Part shown: piece after piece, positions 27,701 through 37,863 of the stretch
Numbering within the stretch: the first letter of the stretch is position 1
Layout of the letters: each line of letters starts with the position of its first letter
Source: Balanoglossus misakiensis
Taxonomy: Eukaryota > Animalia > Hemichordata
Assembly: GCA_040954595.2 (NCBI GenBank)
Contig: CM082578.2
Span: 13,020,520 to 13,084,519 of the forward strand
DNA length: 64,000 nucleotides
Reading direction: 5' to 3'
The notes under the pieces: generated by a model
What the model was told of the DNA's origin: nothing
What the model saw: only the letters and a program-made list of their open reading frames with translations
The model's database searches: none
Made by a program: the position numbers and the translations under genes

Positions 27701-30700
27701 GAAGTAGACTCTGTAGTAGTTACACACGGTAAACTTAACAGTGGCAGAGGAGATAACATTACAGACACAGGCAGAGTGATCGTAAATGAGGGACAGGTAG
27801 GCCTACATAACAAAATATCCAGCACACACACATGCACAGAAAAATACGTATTATGGGTTTGAGAAAAAAAAAGACCAACTGATGCCTGTATTTGATGCAA
27901 ACCTCAGTTCCATTCAACCAAAACAAGAGAGTTTAAGAAACAACTAAGCCAACAACTACTAATAATAAGTATTTTTCTCACACTCATCCATGTTTATTAA
28001 ATGTAATACAGGGGGCGGTCTTCTAACACATTTATACATGTATGTACGTGCGTCTTTGAGATACATGTAAACTCCACTATGGGCCATATAAGGTGCTTCT
28101 CTAGTACAAAACAATTTGTTCTGTCAGTCACAAAATAAACATTGCAGTTCACACACAATCCACGGTGGAGAAATTCTTCAATTGGTGATTGTAAATCAAC
28201 AGTACATGTGAAGTGATTGGACCAGTTCTTTGACACTATATGCACTGCTTGGCACTTTTGGGCTATGCAGGGTTTATTATCGCTATCCACCTAGGAGTGA
28301 GCGAATCCTTTCTCAGGTCCATATTATGTACCACAGGAGGGTGATTCCATTTAGCACAGGTAGAACGGGGTAGAACAGATCACACGAATGCGGATCTCGT
28401 AGCAGAGATTGTGTTGTCTCGTATGTGTGTACATTCTATTTATCACTATCGAGTCTATTTTATCGTAGGTGACTGGGCGACTCCCCCCTCGCACCAGCGG
28501 AGACACCAGAACTCTAGTTCTTTCTCCGTCAACAACCTGGTATAATCCTCTATCCCGTGTCTTTGCATTTTCAGCGGAACTGGAAAAACAGACCCTGACG
28601 CTGAAGAGGTCCCTGGGCAGCGCCGCTGACTCCGGAGTCGGTCTGGACATGGACAGTATCGTCAACGGCGACCTGAGGGACAGCATGGACTCGCTGAGTG
28701 TGCACGGCGGTCGAGAGAACTCCCTGAAGAGAACTGCACTCTCTAACTCCCTCATGGATCTCAAAGAATCAGCAGGTAGATATCCCCCTGTCTCCCCACT
28801 GCTTCCCCCAATGTTACCATCCTTTAATTCTTGATCTCACAATATCTGAAAGTGAAATTATTAATTGAAAAGTAATGATGAAAGAGGCTATTTGGTGCCC
28901 TTTAAAAGCCAGAAATTTTGCCTTCTTCTTGTCTGAAATATTCCCCACACCATGTATGAGTGGTAACCGATTTCTCAATATTAAAAAAAAAACACACCAA
29001 TAGAATAGAGTGCCGTGTAAAGGAATGGAAAGTACAGTATGCAAACATTATACAGTGATCTAAAACAAGCCGTGTGATGGAAAACCACACTAGTCTAGTT
29101 ATTTTTTCACCAAACATTTTGTATTTCTGCACCCACACACACTTTTGAGGAGCTCCATATCATGTATCATGGGGTCATTTCAAAGTCATCATTCCACATT
29201 GGCAGGTTCCACACCCTGGTTTCCTCTCAGCTTCCACTATTAACTCTGCTTTCTGTCTGCTCCTCTCTTTCTTCTACTATCATTCAAGTACATTTTTCAA
29301 ACTAATTACTCCTTTGTTCTCACTGGGTCATAATGTCATCCAAACATTTTTGCCAAAAAAACTTGTCGCTTGTTGAGCACTGACCATCCCTAGGTTTGTG
29401 TTAACCACATTCACCCCAACCCCAACCCAATCCCATTCCTACCCGTATGTTACCTCATCCAATCCCATCCCACCTGACCACATCACGTTTTATTCAATAT
29501 CAGTCGAACCTCAGCAGTCATGTCCGTCCAGTGTACCAGCAAATGTTATGTGTTTTGGCGCTGCTTTCTTGTTTTTTTCGCGTAACTGCCTCGTCGCAAT
29601 TCTCTGCACCGTATCAGTGTTTCTCGTTTGCCGTTGTTTCAGTCGTCGTTCAGAAAACGAGCACGCTTCCTCACAGAGGGTCATCTTCGTCTTTGCAATC
29701 AACAACGCTTCGTGTCGCTTCACCTAATCGGCTCAGTGTCAGTCCACGTCAGCGACGTGGTGAGTCTTCTGTCACGCACTACCACAACCCATCACACGTC
29801 CCCTTTTTTCGTTTGCTGCGTGCTGTGGTGTGCTGTCATGTCACTTGCTGTGCTGTGCTGTTTCTGTGCCGTGCTGTGGCGTGTTGCTTTGCGTCCATAA
29901 GTAAATGCATGCGCATGTACACGTATGTTATTTGTTTTTCTGACCATCATTCACACACAAAACTCCCCACAGAAGTGTGCTTCTCTTGTCTCTATGAACC
30001 CAACCAAGCATCATCTGTCTCTCTCAATTACAAACTTCTAAATACTAGTATCATCATTCTGAGTCTGATGATTACAGAAGAAATCAGTTTTTTTATACCA
30101 GAAATAACCCTTGGTTGGGTTCATATGGCATGACATGAAATATCAGAGGGCTAAGGTAACAAAAAAGTAACAATTCGTCTTAATAGATCACCAAATGATA
30201 ATGTTTATTGGCTGACAAGGCACTTCTAGACTAGATCACTTTTTACAAGGTCCAGTCTGCAATGTCTTTCTTGCCAAAGCATTGAATGAAATGCCTAATA
30301 AGAAGTATGAAAAGTATTAAATGCTAAGGTTTATCGGCTGGCATGGATCAGATATCTTGGGCAAACGTGAACTGAAAGTGTCTTGTTTATATTGAGTGAG
30401 ATCCCACAATGTATGGCGTTCTGTGGAGAGGATAATGACAGTTTTCTTGTCTTTACAGTATTATTGTAGGTGACCTTTGAACTTGTTGGCAGCTTGTATC
30501 TAAATCTCACCACCTCAAAAGAATGGTTCTTGTACTAAGAGCCCCCTCACCTGTCGCCTCATGATTGAATATACATGTAGCAATGCACACAAACGCATTT
30601 AACAGAAGTCAACACTCTGAAGCCTAGGAGAATGTGTGCTCATTCTTTGTGGAGATCTCACTCAATTGAGCTGTTGGCACTCGCAGGTCACAGATCATTC

Positions 30701-32161
30701 GTCAAGTTAAATTACCCTTGTGTTTCTTACTCTGTTGCGATGAGTGTTTCCCCACAAACCCTGAAAAGAAGGTGACGTGAATGCATCTGCTTAACTCTCT
30801 AACAGCAGCCAGTCGCTTACAAGTTCTCTCTCATGATGCAGTCTTAAGGTTGTGAAAAAATGCTTTGTCTTCTGTGTTCCTTCCTGTAAGATCCAAGACA
30901 ATTTCTTGGTTAAGGAACAGACAAAGTCTACTGCACTTTGCGATGCTCACCTCTTGAGTAGAAACCAGTCTTTTGTAACTGGAAAGAAAGTTTGACCTGA
31001 GGTTTTATCTGTGACCAGTTCTAAACTTTTGGATTTGCCGAAAAGTGTGCAGAGCAGCTGAATTTGTAAGATGCATGAGCTGAGCTTGTAGGGGTCGGCC
31101 ACTGTTAGTTCTGCTGTATCTGGCACTTATATGCTTGTCCATTGTTCCAGGCAAGAAAGGTCGCCGTGACAGCTCAGGCTCCCTGGACAGTGGAATGGTT
31201 AGTAAATTTTGTATCCTAGTATTAAGCTTTCCCGGTCATCTGCATAAGCCGATCCAACATTGAGCAAAATTGCTCATGGTTATTTGGGATAGAGTAGTAG
31301 TTCTGCATGGGAGATCGTACCTCTGACTAGTTTTCTCATCTCTTGCTGCAGACCTTTTAAGCTGTTAACCCTTTCACCGCCATGGTTCAGTCCAAAACCA
31401 TAGTTTAGTTTGGTATGGTTGGAACTGGGGGTGAAAGGGTTAAGAAATCGCATCTAAACATGGCCATGCTGACTTTCTGTCATTCTGGCCTCTGGCATGC
31501 TTTACAAATGCATGGAATTGACCCCTTGTGTTTCTAAGTGTTGTTTTATGTCTTGTCCAGGGTAAATATACATGTACATTTGTACCTTCAAATGACTGAC
31601 CCAACCAATGTGGCTCCAAAACCTCTGCGGATGACTGAGATCGTCTACCTCTTGTTGATCTTGCCTATGCATGTTTTTTCTTTATTCCCAACACTTGGCC
31701 ACTTTGCAACCAGAAAAAAAGTTTATGTCTCACTTTTTTAACCAACTCTTCTTGTCCTTTGATTTATAAAAAAAATCTCCATAAGTACTCTCTTACAAAT
31801 ACCTCAAGGAGATCCATCCTTAAACTCTGCTGATCACCACATACACCAAAAAAATTCACACTGGTCCTGTGTTAGGAGAAATCTGAAAATGTGGAAAGAA
31901 ATTTGATCAGTCGTTTCCTGACATCAATGCGAGAGAATGAACAGAAAGTAAACCATCAGTAGAGGTTGCACCTGGTGAGAACGGACAATTCGGTTAAACT
32001 AACTTGACTTCCACTTTCCACCCTTGCAGCCAATGAGTATCCATGATTCCATTCCGAGTAGAAAGCGCTCTGCACTGACTGCTTTCTTCACCGGCAGGAG
32101 AAGAGCTCAGAAGACCAGCAGCTCCAACGTCTCCACAGTCTCCCTCACAGGAGTGGAGTGA
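19900..32161 (+). CDS. IQSEC1: IQ motif and Sec7 domain-containing Arf GEF (IQSEC/BRAG, schizo/loner orthologue), multi-exon, 5'-partial: join(19900-21711,23808-23969,24359-24473,24611-24785,25197-25336,25480-25599,25733-25832,26053-26205,28575-28775,29643-29759,31151-31197,32030-32161)
   Basis: All introns are GT-AG with matching phases, giving one open frame of ~1090 codons. Recognisable IQSEC motifs occur in order: [23 protein letters not shown] motif, [15 protein letters not shown], Sec7 [33 protein letters not shown] domain [49 protein letters not shown]. The symbol denotes the family (co-orthologue of IQSEC1/2/3). Confidence 0.95.
23808..23969 (+). CDS. IQSEC1: IQSEC exon (Sec7): [15 protein letters not shown]...[16 protein letters not shown]
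   Basis: tttccag acceptor, gtaggt donor, phase 2/2. Matches Sec7 N-terminal helices. Not in the ORF track; translated by hand. Confidence 0.93.
24359..24473 (+). CDS. IQSEC1: IQSEC exon (Sec7 glutamate finger): CFVDHIDL...[14 protein letters not shown]
   Basis: cccaacag acceptor, gtaagt donor. Catalytic PGEAQKI motif intact. Confidence 0.95.
24611..24785 (+). CDS. IQSEC1: IQSEC exon (Sec7): [11 protein letters not shown]...[11 protein letters not shown]
   Basis: ttctacag acceptor, gtaagt donor. Sec7 motif [12 protein letters not shown]. Confidence 0.95.
25197..25336 (+). CDS. IQSEC1: IQSEC exon (Sec7 end and linker): [20 protein letters not shown]...DHVTQV...IVGHKP
   Basis: gtttag acceptor, gtaagt donor, phase 1/0. 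Matches the IQSEC GVDDGED...IYERI...DHVSQV pattern. Confidence 0.93.
25480..25599 (+). CDS. IQSEC1: IQSEC exon (PH domain): [18 protein letters not shown]...[13 protein letters not shown]
   Basis: gaacag acceptor, gtaagt donor, 120 nt, phase 0/0. Confidence 0.93.
25733..25832 (+). CDS. IQSEC1: IQSEC exon (PH domain): [21 protein letters not shown]...LLFETP
   Basis: ttgcag acceptor, gtaagt donor, phase 0/1. Confidence 0.92.
26053..26205 (+). CDS. IQSEC1: IQSEC exon (PH end): YYQFGVRL...[25 protein letters not shown]
   Basis: ctgtag acceptor, gtgaga donor, phase 1/1. Matches the IQSEC DLRESIAEVQEME motif. Confidence 0.93.
27100..27161 (+). CDS. Candidate alternative last exon of IQSEC ([20 protein letters not shown])
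   Basis: A long AG-free U-rich tract (~27041-27095) ends in cccgacag. The acceptor is phase-1 compatible with the 26205 donor, there is an in-frame stop at 27159-27161, and AATAAA lies at ~27528. Confidence 0.45.
28575..28775 (+). CDS. IQSEC1: IQSEC exon: [13 protein letters not shown]...[17 protein letters not shown]
   Basis: ttttcag acceptor, gtagat donor, phase 1/1. Matches IQSEC ELEKQ and LKRSALSSSLRDL. Confidence 0.9.
29643..29759 (+). CDS. Candidate 117-nt cassette exon of IQSEC ([39 protein letters not shown])
   Basis: tgtttcag acceptor, strong gtgagt donor, symmetric phase 1/1, no stop, Ser/Arg-rich. Confidence 0.65.
31151..31197 (+). CDS. IQSEC1: IQSEC short exon: [16 protein letters not shown]
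   Basis: ttccag acceptor, gttagt donor. Resembles vertebrate IQSEC1 GKRGRRSSAGSLES. Confidence 0.88.
31365..31443. mobile_element. 79-bp piggyBac-type MITE (TTAA duplication, CCC termini) in an IQSEC intron
   Basis: TTAACCCTTTCACC ... GGTGAAAGGGTTAA is a perfect 14-bp inverted pair including TTAA at both ends. Confidence 0.75.
32030..32161 (+). CDS. IQSEC1: IQSEC probable last coding exon ([20 protein letters not shown]...SLTGVE*)
   Basis: Branch-like ACTAAC at ~31998, pyrimidine tract and ttgcag acceptor. Phase 0, open to TGA at 32159-32161, followed by AU-rich UTR-like sequence. Confidence 0.75.
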   Translation, partial: PMSIHDSIPSRKRSALTAFFTGRRRAQKTSSSNVSTVSLTGVE

Positions 32162-33594
32162 TCCAGCGTCTGGCCACACCCACACAATGTCAGATGTTCT
32201 CAGAGCTTGTCAATCTGTTATTGCAGAAAGCGTTGCTCACTGTTTTATGTCTCTCAGTATGATTTTTATTTTTAACTTCAAATTTTAGTATTTTATTGGT
32301 GATTTGAAATGCATATAACTTGATGTATATACAGAAAAGTTGTGAGTGCGGGCACACACATACATTCACACATACACCTACAGTACATTTATAGAAGATG
32401 TTAGACTAGCATGCACACAGTATACAGAGTGTTTTCTTTTTCTTTTCTGGCCATATTTCAGAGTGAATTTACGTGTATAAAGATTTTCGTGTATGATCAA
32501 GATTTTTCAGCTGACTTTCTCAATGCAGTTGAACACATCTGTCATGAAGATGGTTCACTGTTCAGCCATGCACACACAAGAAACATTTGTCTTTTTGTGT
32601 TAATATGATACTCACTTTTTAAAAAAATGAGTTTTACGCTTTGGGTTGTAATTTGTTGTTTCGAAAATACTTTTTTTTATCCAGAAAATGAAATCAGGGG
32701 TGACAGATAAAATGCACATTGCTATTTTCAACCCCAAAACAACTGCTTCATTCTGATTTTGAGTCTGTTGGAAAGTTTGCGTTGTGCTTTTTTAAATCAA
32801 GAAAATGAGCTCTTATGCATTTTTTTGTTATTTTTAAGGAATCTACACAAGTTTTAATATCACTGGAAATGGTTTTTAAGACTCTTTATTTGTCAGAAAA
32901 TTTATTCCTAAAAAAATAATCCTTTCCCTAAACAGTCAAATATATGCATACTGATGGGGGGGGGGGGGGAGGGGGGGTTATTTGCTCACCCATTGCATGC
33001 ACCGATTATGTCTCACACTATCACCACTTTTCTAACTTTCTTTTGCGTAGAGAGCTCACTTTATTTGTGAAGGCCATCCTCAATAGATCAAATCTAGTTC
33101 TGTCCATTGAGAGTTTTCCAGCTACACTGTAATGCGCGACATCACACACGAGTCCGTGCCCAAGTATACTTCCATACGTGCATGGTAACATTTAAAATGG
33201 AAAATGTGATTTTGTGTTGTGGCAAATCCTAACCGGACATGTACACTAACATCAGAACATGACGCGCGGTACAACCTGAATGTTCTGGGGAGTGGTATGA
33301 CAGTGTAACATGTCCTTGTACAAAACTGTTTTAATGGAAACCTAAATTTCAGATATCTAGATAATGGTGCTAGAAACATCAATACATGAAAAAAATGATA
33401 TTAGGTACTACGATTATTAAAAAGCAATATTTGTAATAACCAAATGTGTATGCTTTATATTGGAGTTTACAAAATCTACAGATATGTATCATTGTCACGT
33501 TTTTGGGGAAATAAGCATGTTTTGTATGATTGAATATTGAAGGTGTTTTCCTGTCATGCTGTTTAACTTCAGTGAGTTGCTATGAGTTACCACC

Positions 33595-33639
33595 AGTGCT
33601 TATACAAGCATTGCTGGAGTGCTTATACAAGCATTGCTG
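33595..33639. repeat. Tandem duplication, 23-bp period
   Basis: AGTGCTTATACAAGCATTGCTG occurs twice, separated by one G. Confidence 0.9.
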
Positions 33640-34881
33640 AACTGGTATCCTTCAGAGCTGGTACAATGACATAAGCGAATGGCTGCTGGTCGGCCATTTT
33701 CCTTGGTCTCACGGCTCTCGTCTCTGAAGTATTTCAAGATGGCTGACAGGGGTCACCACCCTGGAGACATGTTCACTTCTTTTATAACACCCACTGCACA
33801 ACACCAAATAAGATGATATCGTATCGTTGTAACCACTCTCACTGGCTCTCTGTGTTAAATTTTCAGCATCAGTTTTAGTATTTAATGCATTCATAGACAC
33901 ATTTCAAATTTAGTTGCATATTGTTACTGCACTACAAGTTCACGGAATTTGTCTCTTCCTATAGGATTACATTGAGAATCGCTAGAAAACCCACTCCCGC
34001 TATTGTCATTTTTATGAACATTGCTCAGCTAAATTAAATACACAGGTTGAATGAAATCGTGCAGTCACTTTTCGTAGTTTTGAGATGAACTTTGTTGAAT
34101 GTGTTCACCCATAGAAAAACCATTGGTGAAATAATGCTGACTCAGCATTTTTTAGTAAAAAAAAACCCCAAGCAAGTTGACCCGTATAGTTCATTTCTCA
34201 TATTTATTATACAAAGGAGAATCATAAAATCCGCAATTAAAAGTAATGGCAATATTTTACCGTTCGTACATCCATAACCCATTTCTCAATTCTGGTATTT
34301 AATTGGCTGTTCACTTATTGATGCAATTTTGATGACAATTTGCTTAAAACGTTTCCCCATGGCTTGCGAAGATGGCCTTCGTGTTTGGCTGTAGCAGTTG
34401 CACTGGTGTGGCAACACATTGACATTCATTTAGCATAATTCATGTCTGAGTGATAGGCGGATTAAATTCAATAACAGGGAGACGTCAAACTGCCTAGTGC
34501 TGAGGGCATGTCAACGTGCCTCGTAATACAAATAGACTTTTAAAATGGTGCTCACAGGACACTAGTATTGTGTAAATATTGAGGGAAAAAAAGCTTTGTT
34601 GAAAGTTTCTTCTAGTGACCTTTAAAGTTGTGTGTACATGTCATTTTCAACCCTGCAAATGTGGTGAAACGTTTTCATTAGAAATGCGGTAACAGTTTAA
34701 ACGGAGATGTGTCGCACTCCACTGAAAACTGTCTCCAAGAATTGATGTGTACATAACAGTTTAAAGCTTTGTGACTGGGGAACACCAGTCGTGTGCCTGT
34801 GTTCATCATTGTCTATACACTTCCTATGTGAATGTAACTTTTAAATGACATAATTATTTGAAACCCCTGTAAAAAGAGGAG

Positions 34882-34887
34882 AATAAA
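34882..34887 (+). terminator. Candidate IQSEC polyadenylation signal (AATAAA)
   Basis: AATAAA followed by a GU/U-rich tract, at the end of the CpG-poor domain and just before the CYP upstream region. Would imply a ~2.7 kb 3' UTR. Confidence 0.4.
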
Positions 34888-35587
34888 AATGTGATGGGAA
34901 ATGTTGCTTCTTCTTGTTCAGTTTGAGATATCAGTATGTTGTTTGGACAATGACCAGGGGAACTGTTTTTGATACTGTGGCGTAGACTGTCAGTAGTTGA
35001 TCGCAACTTATTTGTTTTTGCTTAATTACACAAAACTTACACGTACCATCTTATTATCACTTCGAAACCCGTAACAAGGTCAGGGGTCGTTAAAGTAAAG
35101 TTTAAATCTTAGCCGCCTTAAACAATGCAGTTGTCAATCATTTTAGGGGCAGCAGGTAAGAAACGCATGTTCAGAGTCGTGGTTTTTTACCTTCAACATC
35201 GGAAATTATTTGGTCACGTGTTGTTCGGGTGACAACCTTGTTTCATTAAGGTGTTTGTGATACTTCGTCCTAACATCTTTCTAATGAGAGGCCCATCACA
35301 TTTTCAGTTTGTTCTTATCTTCAACTTACAGTAGAATAAAGCCAAATTTACAATGATAAAGGTGACGAATTCGACGGTTCTACGTTGATTATGTTCAAGT
35401 ATACAATCAGTGCTTTAGCATGGAATTCGTTCACATCCCGTTTGCTTCACAACCGCCTGCCCCTAAAATTCAAACAGCGTCACTGGGGTAGATATAATAT
35501 TCTGATTTTACAGTCGTTCTAGCACTTGGGCGCCGAGAGCATAGTGGAACGGTACCACTACACGTTATAAGTTTTTAGGAGTCGCAG

Positions 35588-35755
35588 GTGAGTTTGCTGC
35601 ATCATTCGCAATTCATTGGCACCATGCTCTTAAAGTCGATGACTGTAGTCTTCTAAGTTTGACTTTTTTTTTTCATTTTTCTGGATGCATTTTAAATAGT
35701 CGCATTAAATTTAGACTTCGACGAAAACATAAAACGGGTGTTAATTTGTTTACAG
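35588..35755 (+). other. Probable 5' UTR intron of the CYP gene
   Basis: Strong donor CAG|GTGAGT at 35588 and acceptor tttgtttacag at 35755, 15 nt before the ATG. Confidence 0.55.
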
Positions 35756-35770
35756 GAAAAACGTTCCGAC

Positions 35771-37609
35771 ATGCTGGACACTTTGGTGTTGATGATTTCG
35801 GTCTTCTTGCTCGTTGTGTGGTTCCGCAATCGACCCAAGAATCTGCCGCCGGGTCCGTGGGGTTGGCCGATAGTCGGCGTGCTGCCAAGAGTTGGGGCCA
35901 ATCCGGGAAAGTGGTACATGGAGTTGACCAGGCAGTACGGTGACGTCATTAGTGTACGATTAGGGAGCGAACTTGCCGTCGTCATCCACGGTTACGACGC
36001 GGTGAGGGAGGCGTTCGTGGAGAAGGGGAGCATTTTCTCTGGCAGACCGGATAATTTGCATTCCAAGGTGCATAATGGGGAAGGTAAGCTTAAAAACAGT
36101 GTTCGTGATTGGACAACCGTGTAATGGTCCTCGCGTGTGCAGGTGGTGGATGTGGGAGGGGCACCTGGCTTTCGTACGTACAGGTGTACCTGGACAGTTC
36201 AAGTTACAAAACACAATGTCTGTGATTTTTCTTAATTTGGTGGGACGTCAAAAGTCTGCATCTCTGGCCATTACCCATGTCAAAACTTTTCTCCCCCCAA
36301 AAAGTTGGTAAAATCGATGCACTGGTATCTATCTGCTACTATCATGGCTGTTTCTTTTTCAGTTTTAGTAGTTCGTCAGGCTGACTATGCTTGCAAAATG
36401 CGGAGGACATTGTTTAAATCGGGTCTCCGTCGGCTTGGATCGAGCAAGGACGATGGTTTCGTAGACGAGCAAATCCGCGAGGAGATTGGGCATCTGTGTG
36501 AAGCTCTGGAGAAAACCAGAGGACGAAAAATCGATAACTTCTTGGAGGACGTTATGAGCAAAGTCATGGCTAATATAAGCTCGGCCATCTTCTTGGGCGA
36601 GAGGCTGGACTACGACGATGCAAAACTCAAGCTCACACACGAGAATGGGGCGCGAATTCAAAGAACCTTTAAATCGGCTGGGTTGATAAACTGCTTCCCG
36701 TTTCTGTGGCGGTTTCCCCTTGCGATCAAAGGGGAGCTGCTGGCCGCAATGGACGTCTTTCACAGCAAGGTCCAAGAACACGTCGACGCCCACAAACTTT
36801 CACTGGACACCTCCAATCCCCGAGACGTGCTCGACGTTTTCCTGACGAAGGTCGCACACCTCAAAGATAGCACGGACGCTAAGAAGTACATCGACGACGC
36901 TGACTTGCCGGGAGAATTCGGAGACGTCGTGCGCACGGGGGGCGAGACAACGAGCACAACGCTGACTTGGATATTGCTGTACATGGCCAAATATCCGCGC
37001 ATCCAGAGTCGAGTGCAGGAGGAACTGGACACCTTTCACCCAGGAACGACCTTCATCACCCATTCGGAACGACACAAACTCCCCTACACCCTTGCGTGCA
37101 TGCACGAAGTCATGCGACACCAGACTGTGGCACCCCTCGGACTGCCGCACGCTACTACAGAGCACGTGCGCTTTCGAGGCTTTGACATCCCCGCCAAAAC
37201 TACAGTGTTCGCGAACCTCTACTCCACGCACAATGATGAAAGATACTGGGCAAAACCAGGCGAGTTTAAACCCGAAAGATGGCTGAAGGAAGACGGCAGT
37301 TTTAGCATGGCAGATTTTCTCGCAACCTATTCATATGGTAAGTTTTTCTACTTGGATTAATTCTGTCGCCCACTCTTTAAATTGACCTAATCTGTATTTT
37401 TATGAGGGATTGTTTTTGTTTCCTTCGCAGGTCCAAGAGTCTGCGTTGGAAAGGATCTTGCGCAAAAGGAAGTGTTTGTGGTTTTCGCGAATTTGATGAA
37501 ACGCTTTCACTTTAAACCACCTGAGGGCAAGAACGACATTGATTTGAGGGAAAAGTGCGCCCTCATTGCTGTGCCTGCCAACTGCAGTCTTCGTGCAGAA
37601 CCACGATAA
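35771..37609 (+). CDS. Cytochrome P450, CYP2 clan (CYP2U/2J-like), 488 aa: join(35771-36083,36363-37337,37431-37609)
   Basis: N-terminal anchor with LPPGPWGWPIVG hinge, FSGRP, I-helix GGETTSTTL, K-helix EVMR, PH..T, FKPERW and heme loop YSYGPRVCVG. Both introns are GT-AG phase 1. Total 1467 nt, ending TAA. Confidence 0.95.
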
Positions 37610-37857
37610 ATCGCAGACCACGTCTATGTATAGTAATCACTGATATTAGATTGGTTGTGTGTTGCATTTTAAGCATCCAGGTGTCTGTATTCCGCCGACA
37701 ATCATGGCTGGCGTGCTTCGGCTTGAAGTGTTTTTCGTAGTTGTCTGATTGATCTATGGACTTGTTTGAAGTATAGGTACGGTTAGTAGGGCAGGGTGAA
37801 CTCTGGGCGGAGTTACCGATAAGAAATATCAAATAATATATAGACATGTCGACCTGC

Positions 37858-37863
37858 AATAAA
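37858..37863 (+). terminator. Candidate CYP polyadenylation signal (AATAAA)
   Basis: First AATAAA I found downstream of the stop codon, ~250 nt away. Confidence 0.45.

Noticed and set aside
29447-30133. 228-aa ORF as a standalone gene
   Set aside because: Only the splice-bounded 29643-29759 portion looks coding. The rest translates low-complexity intronic motif arrays.
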